Shown here: positions 52,667-64,000 of the stretch, in pieces | How the letters are laid out: the number at the start of each line of letters is the position of its first letter | Numbering within the stretch: position 1 is the first letter of the stretch | Origin: Octopus vulgaris | Lineage: Eukaryota | DNA: 64,000 bases | Direction of reading: 5' to 3' | NCBI GenBank assembly: GCA_951406725.2 | Contig: OX597814.1 | Span: forward strand, 33,790,001-33,854,000 | Translations under genes and position numbers: made by a program | Notes under the pieces: model-generated | What the model saw: the letters and a program-made list of their open reading frames with translations, nothing else | What the model was told of the DNA's origin: nothing | Database searches by the model: none

Positions 52667-52759
<93 letters not shown>

Positions 52760-52880
52760 ATATATGTATGTATATGTATATATGCACTCTTTTGATATTA
52801 GTATCATATAATATATATCAAAGCATGCAGTATTATAGATCCATTTCAACCGATCTTATCAAACGGGATACTTAGACAAC

Positions 52881-52944
<64 letters not shown>

Positions 52945-52984
52945 TGTGTGTTTATATATATATATATTTCAGTTTTATAAATAT

Positions 52985-53019
<35 letters not shown>

Positions 53020-53709
53020 TCGACAGACACACGGATAGATAGATAGATAGATACATACATATATAGATAGATTTATTCATTCATCGATTCATTGTACCCT
53101 ACTTGGTATTCATTAGATAATTTGAAATGTAATGCATTTGCTTTTCTTATTAAATCTGAAGGAAGGGACAGTGTCAAAAACTTCAACATGTTCTCCGAGA
53201 CCAGTGGACTCGATACAGTTAATGTTCCGTTTAAGTGGTTGCTGGTCAACACCTGCGGAAAAGACATGAGCATAGAGAAGATTTCAACGGCCCAGTGTTC
53301 TGGGAATGAAGGATTGGACGTGGTGGTTAGCGCAAGGCCTGGAGTGGGGGGTTGTATTAACGGTACCTGAATGGAATACAACCAGCTCTGAGGAACAAAA
53401 ATCATTATAGTACCGAAAAAAATGACATGGCTAGAGGTTAAAGCGTGTTTGTAATCTAAAGCCCATCATTTGTATGACTCGTCCTCAGATACGGTCCACG
53501 ATGTTCGTGTGTCGTCCTAAAAGTGAGCGCAGTACTCCGTTATGGGGACTCGAACTTTCCGGAGCTTACTTTTTGTAATAAGCATACAATTTTAGCTTCA
53601 CTTTGGAAAGTGAGCAAAACGGTTGCATGGCAGGCTTCATCCTTCCACGGATAGAAAAAATGGGCTCAGTTTGTGTATTACACTATGTAGTATGTTTCTT
53701 TATTGGTGA

Positions 53710-54222
53710 CTAGCAGTATCGCCCGGCGTTGCTCGGGTTTGTAAGGGAAATAACTATATAAGCATTTTTAGAGAGTTACTTCCCTTATAGATGCCAATTC
53801 GGGCTTTCTTAGCCATTTCTGTTTTGGTGTCTTCAAGCCATGAAGTCGTTGTTCTAAAAGAACGCTGGTCTCCTTGACAACGCTTTACGACGTTGATTTC
53901 CTTACACTCCCTTCCCCACAGCTTCACGAGGGAGGGAAGAAAGGGGAGAAGCAAACAGGTGCAGGTGTGACCATGGACGCCAACTCCGCCGCCATCGACA
54001 CACGAAAAATTATGCATTAAAATGGAATAAAAAATGATGTTAAATTATTTTTAAAATCGTAGACTCATCGTAGACGCGCGCTAATACTCAGACGGGCTTG
54101 ATATGAATCACGACTATAAGATACCCGAATTTGGTTAAACTGCACCGCAAAATGTGGGAGTAGTTAGGAATCTAAATCGAAGGGGACAGACACTCACACA
54201 ACTACAGTTTTATATATATAGA
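53710..54222 (-). mobile_element. Non-autonomous Helitron (same family as 28758-29128)
   Basis: TC...hairpin...CTAG on the minus strand; shares terminal and internal blocks with the 28758 copy. Confidence 0.8.
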
Positions 54223-54424
54223 TTAGTCAGCACATGCAATGAATAGAAATTAGCTTGACCGATTTAGCTGAGTCCTAATTTGTATACACGTTTATTTGCA
54301 ATAAGCTACTGATCACTCTTTCTCTATCCGCAGGATTATCTACCTAAAACAATAACGAAAATTCCAGCCTAATCAATACTCATATCCTGTATTGTACGCC
54401 CCCCACCTTTTTTTTTTTTCATCT

Positions 54425-54520
54425 CTGATATCGATTATTCTTATTGGTGCATGCGCAGTACATTTCTCTAGTTTCACTTTTCCATTTCTTTGCTGTGGTA
54501 GCCGACGTTTGTTGACATAG
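54425..54520 (+). promoter_or_regulatory. Putative promoter and non-coding first exon of RPL21 copy B; intron 54521-55391
   Basis: DRE-like TATCGAT, NRF1-like TGCATGCGCA, pyrimidine-rich start region, AG|GTAATC donor; TTTTTCAG acceptor 16 nt before the ATG. Confidence 0.55.
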
Positions 54521-55407
54521 GTAATCAATTTATTGTTTTTATCAATTCAATTTTATTAAACAATTCACTCGGTGTTTTGTTTTTCATCGTATATAAAACC
54601 TTTATCGTTCTATAGTAGTAATAACTGGTTCATTCTTTCATTCCCATCTAGGAGCAAGGGGTAAAGAGATAGAGTGGGGTGAAGGAATCCTCTAGTGTTC
54701 CGTGTACATCTCGGATACTTTATATGAATATGAAATCGTTTTCAGTGCTTGACTGGTACCGAATTTTATCAATCTCAGATCGGCGGGATTTGAACTAAGC
54801 ACGGTAATTAAATGCTACAGTTCATTGTCCTCCACTCTACTGATTTTGCTAACCCGCAAAATGAATATTTTACATTACATAATTGTTTTTTTTTTTTTCC
54901 TTTTTACCAGCTCTGCTTTTCAGATGGTTGAGCGGGGATAGTAGGCCTGGCACAGATCAGTACAGTACAGTTAATAAAGAAATAACAGATCAGTACAGTA
55001 CTGCATCGAAACTATCAACATTATCAATTATCCTTTCGGTCACTGACTCCTCAAACTATTCGATTTAAATAATTAGCACACTCTGCTTATTTTTCTCAAA
55101 CATATATACTTTTAATTAGACATTTGCTCTGTCATACATACAACCGATAGGTTTCCTCGGATCCTACTATATAACACAATATCCCCCCACAAAATATTTT
55201 TCAGCTGCAACACTCTTACACCTATACACGAACATTCACACACACACACACTATTTCTCTCTCTAGTCATTCTTTTACACACATTCCAACCTTATTATTT
55301 CGGTTCCAGTTATTTGATTTTTGTTGTTGTCTTTCAATTTATTTATACACTTCATTTTTATTTTCTAATTATTTATTTACTTATTTTTCAGCTTCCCTTA
55401 ATTCAAA

Positions 55408-55890
55408 ATGACAAACACAAAAGGTTATCGCCGGGGTACCCGGCATATGTTCGCCAGGGCATTCAGGCGTCACGGAGTCCTTCCGCTGTCCACTTATATG
55501 AAAGTTTACAAACGTGGCGACTTGGTCGATGTTAAAGGTGACGGAGGTGTGCAAAAAGGTATGCCGCATAAATCCTACCACGGTCGTACGGGACGTGTCT
55601 TCAACGTAACACAACACGCCGTTGGGGTGATCATCAATAAACGAGTGAAGCATCGCATCATCCCAAAGAGGATCAATCTGAGGATCGAACATGTGAAACC
55701 ATCCAAGTGTCAAGAAGATTTCCGTAAGAGAATTGTCGAATGTAGCAAACTGAAAGCTGAAGCAAAAGCTAAAGGAGTCCGCGTTTGTTTAAAGAGACAG
55801 CCTGCAGGTCCTGTCAAAAGACACTTTGTATCAATTGCTAAAAATAAACCTACTCTACTAGAACCAGTGCGGTACGAATTTGTAGCCTAG
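55408..55890 (+). CDS. RPL21: 60S ribosomal protein eL21, copy B (160 aa, intronless CDS)
   Basis: Intact ORF, 150/160 identical to copy A; CAAAATG start context; ATTAAA at 55959-55964. Confidence 0.97.
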   Translation: MTNTKGYRRGTRHMFARAFRRHGVLPLSTYMKVYKRGDLVDVKGDGGVQKGMPHKSYHGRTGRVFNVTQHAVGVIINKRVKHRIIPKRINLRIEHVKPSKCQEDFRKRIVECSKLKAEAKAKGVRVCLKRQPAGPVKRHFVSIAKNKPTLLEPVRYEFVA

Positions 55891-57763
55891 ACACGTTAAA
55901 ACAAAATTTAAAAGACAACAAAAATTCTTTCAAGTATAACGGTATTTCAACTGCGAGAATTAAAACACTTGCCCTTCAACGAATATATATATGTATTCAC
56001 TTGAACGAAACATGACGTAATCGGCCGAGTTCTGATTACTAATCACTTCTGACTGTTTTCTCACCGTTTTATTTGATCAATTGTTAGAAAAACTACACGT
56101 ATATTCACACACACACACACACACAACTTAGTATTAAATACTCTTTTTGTACACGTTGTATAGAATTACTATTATGTAATATATTCATGTATTTATATAT
56201 ATTTCTTTTTGTGTGTATATTCTTTGCTGATATACCCCTAATGAACAGGCATCGCAATTTTGAATTTTACAAAAAATAAAATGTTACTTCTTTAAAAAAT
56301 TTTTTCAAGGATTAGTTCGTTTGTCCATTCAGATACATATTTCTTTACTGCCCACAAGGGGCTAAACACAGCGGGGACAAACAAGGACAGACAAACGGAT
56401 TAAGTCGATTATATCGACCCCAGTGCGTAACTGGTACTTAATTTATCGACCCTGAAAGGATGAAGGGCAACAGATACCGCGTACCTGATCAGCTTGCAAG
56501 ATTTAGACATCCTACAATCAAAATGCTACACACCCTTAATTTGTGTGTGTGTGTATCCATGTGTGCGTGTGTGGAAATTACAACACTTCTAGAAGTGGAG
56601 ATAAATTCAATAAATTAAAAATTTATGTTGTATGGTATTTGATATACCTGTATTTGTGAATGTTGTTCAAATACAAGCCACTGACCTCTCAGCTCATTTT
56701 TGTTTCAATTATGCAGATTACCTGGACCATCATCATCGTTTAACGTCCGTTCTCCATGCTAGCATGGGTTGGACGGTTCGACCGGGGATCTGGGAAGCCA
56801 GAAGGCTGCACCAGGCTGCAGTCTTATCTGGCAATGTTTCTACAGCTGGATGCCCTTCCTAACGCCAACCACTCCATGAGTGTAGTGGGTGCTTTTTACG
56901 TGCCACCTGCACAGGTGCCAGGCGAGGCTGGCAACGGCCACGGTCGGATTGGTGTATTTTATGTGCCACCGGCACGGAAGCCAGTCGAGGCGGTGCTGGC
57001 ATCGGCCATGAGTCGGATAGTGCTTTTTACGTACCACCAGACCAGGGATCCTGGCTGGTTCAATTCGATTTCGATTTCGCTTGCTCTAACATATCTTCGC
57101 AAGCAAAGGGGGTTGGCATGGGTGCCTGTCGTCGGATGAGGTTCTATATCAACTTCGCTTGCCTCAACAGGTCTTTGTGTCCAAGGGAGGAAAGGCATTC
57201 ATAAGTGGGCTGGGCTCACTTGTCCTGCCTGGTCTTCTCACGTACAGCATATTTCCAAAGGTCTCGGTCGCTGGTCATTTCCTCAGTGAGGCCTAAAGTT
57301 CAAAGGTCGTGCTTCACCACCTTGTCCCAGGTTTTCCTGGGTCTACCTCTTCCACGGGTTCCCTCAACTGCTAGGGATTGGCACTTTCTCACACACCTAT
57401 GTATTCTTTTATGGTATGTATTCTTTTATGGTATAAAGCTATGCCTTGTGACTATTGGAGATAAGGTATCTCTAATAGCCCTGAGGTTGGACAAGTGTTC
57501 TGCTGATGATACCTATTGAGGTAGAAATGTGTCCACAACTGCCCCCCCCCCACTTATCTCTGGACAAAAGCCTCTTCTTTTCATAGTGGCATGTCACCTT
57601 CAAAGAATTCTTGAAGCTTGAGATTATTTCTCCCTTCATGTGTGCAGCTGGTCTTAATTGTCATTTGGTAATTACGACAACCTCTAGAGGTGGAGATAAA
57701 ATTGTAATAAATCAAATCAAATAAATCATGAATATGTTGTATGACATTTGATATACCTGTATT

Positions 57764-57827
<64 letters not shown>

Positions 57828-58044
57828 ATAATAAGATAACAAGGCCATAGCAATGTGATATTCTAGGATATTTATAAATAGAAATGCATCATCATCATCG
57901 TTTAACGTCCGCTTTCTATGCTAGCATGGGTTGGACGAATGACTGAGGGCTGGCGAACCAGATGGCTGCACCAGGCTTCAATCTTGATCTGGCAGAGTTT
58001 CTACAGCTGGATGCCTTTCCTAACGCCAACCACTCCGAAATGCA

Positions 58045-58098
<54 letters not shown>

Positions 58099-58959
58099 TA
58101 TATGTGTATGTGCATCATCATCATCATCATTTAATGTCGACCTTCCATGCTGGCATTGGTTGGACTGTTTGACAGGACTTGGCGAGATAGAAGACTACAC
58201 CAGACTTCTGCGCCTGTTTTGGTATGGTTTATATAAATGCATAAAGGTCAGTGTAAGAAATTTTGCATGCTTGCATGTGTAATGAGATGATGGTCTATTA
58301 ATTATTAAAATAAAATAGGGTTATGTATATAGGGGCCTTGTGTATTTGTGATTGCATATGCTTTTGATATAGACCTTCACACACACACACATACAGAATA
58401 TGTTTGGTCTTTCCTTTATACATGTTTGCAAGACTGACTTGTACTAGTTTGTGTATAAACAGAGAAGAAATTTTTGAATTTTCTTCTAATAATTTTGCTT
58501 TGAATTTCATTTTTTTTTTTTAGTAGCGGAAGGGATGGAAACTTATCTACATATATTTCCTGAACATTTCAAGTCATTTTAACTCATTTTAATGTTGTTG
58601 GAGTAGCAAGAATTCTTTAACATTCTGTTTATTCTTCGGGTTAGAGGAATTGCAAAAAATTTAAAAGAAAAAGAAAACATCAAAAAAGAAAATTGTTTAA
58701 CTAATATTGGAAAGTTTAATTTTTTGTAGTGTATGGAGGTGTTTTCATTCTCTATTCTCAAAGATCTGTGGAATTAATTGCACCTAATTTCCATGGTTTC
58801 CAAAGTGATGAGTATTGACCTTCCTTTCAATGGTTTATTAATACTTAAGAGAGCAATAAGGGAAGTGGAATTACTAGGTCGTTGATGCATTTATTATTAT
58901 CTCTTCAAAATTTTATGCTTGTGGGGCATCTAAAAGAAATTTTACAAGATAGAACAAGA

Positions 58960-59930
58960 CTATTGTTGAACTCCAGTTAGTGAACTCTACTTATAATTCA
59001 AAGAGGCTTTTTTTTTTTAGGAGGGCCTACCATGCATACATAAGCGTATGTGGTGGGCCCTTCATTATTACCTAACAACTGCATTCAAATGACAATCTGC
59101 ATTAACTTCATGAACAAAGACCTCAAAAACATCCTTCAATGGGGTTGTTTCAATTTTGTCTCCTCAAAGAAAAAAACAAAAAAAAATGTATATCTCAAAA
59201 GATAATCATTGTGACTCACCTTGCGTTAACCATGGACAACATCCAATAAGAACCCTCACAATAACTTCAAATGCTAGGCCTCAATATTACTAACGATATC
59301 ACCTGATGAATACATATCCATAACAAAAACTGTTCTTCCGCTTTGGAGCCAGGAAATAGTTAATCTCTTAATAACTACTAGCCCTCTACAATGCTTAAAT
59401 TAAGTATTGATCTCACATCTAGAACAATGCTGCTACACAGATATCCTGACAGCATTGAAAACAAGGCAACCCAACTGATTAGTGTATTTGTTATGTTTAC
59501 ATGCATGTTGTCTCCTCTCTGCCTTTTCTACCTTTATGCCTGTGGCTTCTGCTCCTCAGAGTTGGTTGATCATGTGCCACTTCAATTCAGGTACTCCCAA
59601 TTCATTTGTCATTCTTTCTCTCATTACCCTTATTGTAACCTTCTTTCCAGGTCCCACATTAACCTTTATATCCAGTCCTTTTATTCAAGAAGGTCAATTT
59701 TTTTCGGAATTTTTCCCCTGAAGATGGTTTTCCAGGAGCCATTGAGTTGTAACAGATTAAAGCAGGATGTGAATAGCATCAATCCCAACAGTCTCAGACT
59801 GTCAGTAAAGATCATGGGCAAAGCTCAGTCTATTGTTGAACCCAGTTAGGGAACTCTACTTGTAATTCAAGGAGGCTATTTTTTTTAGGAGGGCCCACCA
59901 TGTATACACAAGTGTATGTGGTGGGCCCTC
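58960..59930 (+). mobile_element. Decayed LINE fragment bounded by ~100-bp direct repeats that end in a hairpin
   Basis: ~58960-59061 resembles ~59830-59929; the interior has degenerate RT-C-terminal-like coding (..DSIENKATQLI..LCLFY.Y..G.CSSEL..). Confidence 0.55.
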
Positions 59931-60025
59931 TACTAATGTATCAGCTGGACTTTCTTGCTTATATTTAATGGCTCTGCTTGCATATTCCTTTGAATCCCTA
60001 TTATTATCATAGCTTATAATCCCAT

Positions 60026-60107
60026 GGGCATATGGCAGAGTGGTTAAGAGCGTGGGCTACTAACACCAAGATTCTGAGTTCAATTCCAGGCAGTGACCTA
60101 AATAATG

Positions 60108-60144
<37 letters not shown>

Positions 60145-60302
60145 TAACAATAATAACATCAAAAAATTCCTTAGGAATGAGAACTCAGGTTCAAAATTTC
60201 TCCAAGACACCTGATGATGAAGGCTGGAGGGTTTATCAGCTGAAACGTTGTGTTAGCGACAAACAAGATGAGGACAAATATCCGACAAATGTAAATAATG
60301 TA
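60026..60302 (+). mobile_element. tRNA-head/hammerhead-tail retroposon, single-orientation copy; head-only fragment at ~43285-43378(-)
   Basis: TGGCAGAGTGGTT (A box), GAGTTCAATTCC (B box), (AAT)n, then GACAC CTGATGA..GGCTG..CAGCT GAAACGTT GTGTT. Confidence 0.78.
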
Positions 60303-62921
60303 AAAGAGAAGATGTCCACCACCACACTGTGTGTCAGAGTGCAGCATGGCCCTCAGCTAGTATAACAGGAAAGATTGATCTGTGGCTCATGTTTTATCAT
60401 TTGGCTGACTACCTGTATGCCACAAGACGGCTGCATAAAAGCAGACTTACACCACAATAACAGGGCAACAATGGAGCCTGTATGTAGTTGCTTGATCTCA
60501 TAGAAATAGCAGACAAATCTACCTCAAATTACTCTTTGCCATCATGAATAAAGAAAGAACATATTAAATAACATAGTTTTACACACTGCTATAAAAACCA
60601 GATTATCATGGCTGATTATTTTTGACCATAAATCTGTTAGATCAGGGCTGACAACAATCTTCCACAGACAAATTTGATGAGCTTCAAGTTGGCACAAAAT
60701 GGCACAGTTAGTTTACTCTGTATTTTCTTTTCTTTTTATATGATTTTGCCCCAAACAACATTTGAGGCCACTGTAGCATAAGGGACTACAAAGAAGAAAA
60801 AGGGGCCAATAAATTCAAAAGACATCGACTGACAGAAAGGTTAAAGGAAAACATGAAAATGGTAATGAGTTCTAGGGAGCAGCTGTTTGAAGAAAGGAGC
60901 TATAATAAAAAGAAGTTCAACAGAGGAAGTTCAGCAGGAGTGGCTGTGTGGTAAGAAGCTTGCTTCCCAACCACATGGTTCCGGGTTCAGTCCCACAGCG
61001 TGGTACCTTGGGCAAGTGTCTTCTACTATAGACTCAGGCCAACCAAAGCCTTGTGAGTGGATTTGGTAGACAGAAACTGAAAAAAGCCTGTCATATATAT
61101 ATATATAGGTATGTATGTGTTTGTTGTTTGTGTCTGTGTTTATCCCTCTCACTATCACTTGACAACCAATGTTGGTGTGTTTACGTCCCCATCATTTAGC
61201 GGTTCGGCAAAAAGAGACCGATAGAATAAGCCCTTACAAAGAACAAGCCCTGCGGTTGATTTATTCGACTAATGGTGGTGCTCCAGCATGATTGCAGTCA
61301 AATGACTAAAACAAGTAAAAGAGAGAAATGATGTACCTGAGAAGTTGCTCTTGTAGTCAGGTGAGTAACCCTGGTCACTGACACTCGAGAAGAATTTGAA
61401 TTTAGAATGCAGGCATGACTGTGTGGTAAGAACCACATTGTTTTAGATTCAATCCCACTGCGTGGCACCTTGGGCAAATGTTACCCAGGAAGACATGGGA
61501 TGAGATGGTCAAGTATGACCTTCGAACATTGGGCCTCACAGAGGAAATGATGAAAGACCGAGACCTCTGCGATATGCTGTGACTGCGAAGACCCGACAAA
61601 TCAAGTGAGTTCATAGCTTGCAGGATGGCCTGCTGTGCAAACCTTGGATTGTAGAGTGACCCGCTGTGCTTGAGGAGACCTATTGAGTCAAGTACATCAA
61701 CATCAAAATAAAAATCAAATGGAAATTGTAGTTATGATACCTGTGCTGGTGGCACGTAAAAAGCACCATCCGAATGTGGCTGATGCCAGTGCCGCCTGAC
61801 TGGCGTCCGTGTCGGTGATACGTAAAAAGCACCGACCAATCGTGGCCGTTTGCCAGCCTCCTGTGGTCCCTGTGCCGGTGGCACATAAAAAGCATCCACT
61901 ATATTCACGAAGTGGTTGGCGTTAGGAAGGACATCCAGCTGTAGAAACACTGCCAGATCAGACTGGAGTCTGGTGCAGCCTCCTGGCTTCCCACACCCCG
62001 GTTGAACCGTCCAACCCATGCTAGCATGGAAAATGGACGTTAAACGATGATGATGATGATGATGAATTGCCCCAGGCCAGCCAAAACTCTATGGGTGAAT
62101 CTGGTAGACAGACACTGAAAGAAGCTTGTTATCAATATGTATATGTATGTGTATGTGTGTTTGTGACTGCTTGCCATGACATTGCATGAAAATAAGTAAA
62201 TAAATGTCACTGTTGTATAAGCAGTGTCCTTCATTTCCAATCTTCTGTGAAAAGAAGGGTTGGAATGACAGAAATGGCCTCTGGATGTAGAAAATCTGCC
62301 TCAATAAACTCTGTCTGACCCATGCAAGTATGGAAAAGTGGATGTTAAAATGACAACCACCACCACTACCCATTTCTTTACTACCTACAAGGCGCTAAAC
62401 ACAGAAGGGACAAACAAGGACAGACAAATGGATTAAATCGATTATATCAACCCAACTGCGTAATCGGTACTTTATTTATCGACCCCAAAAGGATGAAAGG
62501 CAAAGTCGACCTCGGTGGAATTTGAACTCAGAACATAATGGCAGACGAAATACCGCTAAGCATTTCGCCTGGCGTGTTAACATTTCTGCCAGCTCGCCAG
62601 CAACAGCAACAATGAGGAGGACTTTAACTGGTTAATCTCCTTGCTAGAAGTAGTAACCATGACTCCCTCATAGCACACCCATCTTAAAATTGATTATACG
62701 ATTGATTAATACAGCCCAATTACACAATATTTAAAAGGGTAGGGACAATTATGGTAAGAAAGTATTTGAAATTCTGTCTGCTTGACCAAAGTTGGCTTGG
62801 AGCTAAACAGCAATCCTATTTTTGAGTCTATGAGAGAACACTTTATGTGGTTGCTAGGCCTGTTGGAAACAGCAGCTAAATCTCCTTAAAATTACAAACT
62901 ACTTCTTCAAAAATAAGGACA

Positions 62922-63313
62922 TCTCTCTATATATAAAGCTGCAGTTGTCTGTGTATGGCAGGTTTGGTAGCCTTCAACTAACACTATCTCCTCCAAGACC
63001 TTGCGGCGCAAGTTGACCAAAATTGAGAGTATGATAGAAGGCTTGCTCTTCCTTCCATAGAAGATAAAATTCAAATCGGACCATGTTAACACCAATAATT
63101 ATTTACATCAAAAAGGTGCTTTTTTTTCTATGAAAATCCCTATTTTTTACGATTTTTTTTTACTGCTGTGTCACCATTTTTCGGTGTATTTCAACCAGAA
63201 AAATGTTCACTTAAAGAGAATAACAAGCTACATAATGCAAAATTTTTACTTTTCAAATAATCCAATTCTAAAGGGTCGAAACAAACCCGAGCGACGCCGG
63301 GCAATACTGCTAG
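62922..63313 (+). mobile_element. Non-autonomous Helitron (different internal sequence)
   Basis: A|TC start, CCCGAGCGACGCCGGG hairpin, CTAG|T end. Confidence 0.78.
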
Positions 63314-64000
63314 TATTAGATAATATAATCCTAGATATACAATGTTTGAGAACATAAAATAAATGGGAACTATAGAACTAGAATGATTTTGATCAGAGAT
63401 CCACTTCATTAGGACTCACATGAACTCAGCATTCTTGTTTTTCCAGTAGTCTTGTATTTATGGTATGATTTGTCTCTAGTGTGAGATCTCACAGGAACTA
63501 TAATGAAGGAAGATATAAAAATACTGTATTTACAAATAAATAAGGTTTGTACATGATGTGAAGCATGAAAGAGAAAAAAAATAGAAGCATCCCTTTTTTC
63601 TACTGCTAAACTGTTAATCTAGGATGAAGAAAATGTAAAATGAGGAAATGTCTTTTAAACTATGAACCATCTTCTATTCTCTCTTTTCTTTATGAAACTT
63701 CATAGAATGTGGAATTTAGCTTAATTAATTTGTGTTTCGAGTTAAGCTGCATCAACAATTCCAAAGAAGGATTTTTAAAAAATGAATAAATAAATAAAAG
63801 GACTTGGTTTTATTTTTATTTTGTATAAGAAAAAAGAAATAAAAAATTTTTAAATTAAAAATTAAATATGCTGGTTAGACTTTGTCTAATCAAGAAGAAA
63901 TTCTCTCCCCTTTAATGACAAGTTCACCACCAGAGGGAAAACGTATGTATAAAATTTAATCTCACCCACTTAATCCATGTCAACAAGGAGATACAGAGGT

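Larger units (their letters stand above)
50275..52669. mobile_element. Hammerhead-bearing 535-bp tandem array with inverted arm (retrozyme / non-autonomous Penelope-like element) inserted in (TA)n
   Basis: Unit marker AGGGTGAGAG at 50286, 50821 and 51356 (period 535); orientation flips at ~51853; arm 51854-52669 is the reverse complement of 50934-51750; (TA)n on both flanks. Confidence 0.9.

Noticed and set aside
44526-55407. Idea that the central palindrome generated the inverted RPL21 pair
   Set aside because: The palindrome arms are near-identical (young) and off-centre, while the RPL21 copies are well diverged and share no flanking sequence.
60026-60100. tRNA gene calls for A/B-box sequences
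   Set aside because: They are heads of dispersed retroposons; no convincing full cloverleaf with a terminator.

Overview
AT-rich, repeat-dense animal genomic DNA. The SINE/LINE repertoire suggests an octopod cephalopod, which is an inference. Genes: (1) the 3' part of a multi-exon kinesin-14 (KIFC3-like) gene on the + strand, with 12 exons reconstructed by hand in consistent phase from 2082 to the stop at 33943; (2) two intact head-to-head ribosomal protein eL21 (RPL21) genes with intronless CDSs (44043-44525 minus, 55408-55890 plus) that differ at 10 of 160 residues and have unrelated promoters and 5'UTR introns. Mobile DNA includes tRNA-derived SINEs, RTE and CR1/L2-type LINE ends, a decayed piggyBac with its MITEs, a deleted mariner, hAT- and Merlin-like MITEs, Helitron derivatives, a solo LTR and an ORF1-only retroposon inserted into a SINE head. 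The most notable structure is at 50275-52669: three near-identical 535-bp tandem units followed by an ~816-bp inverted arm. It carries five intact type I hammerhead ribozyme motifs with a palindromic stem III, i.e. a retrozyme/Penelope-type self-cleaving array. A second dispersed family joins a tRNA-like Pol III head to a hammerhead-like tail and inserts with a Penelope-style inverted architecture. All calls were made by eye; no searches or folding programs were run.
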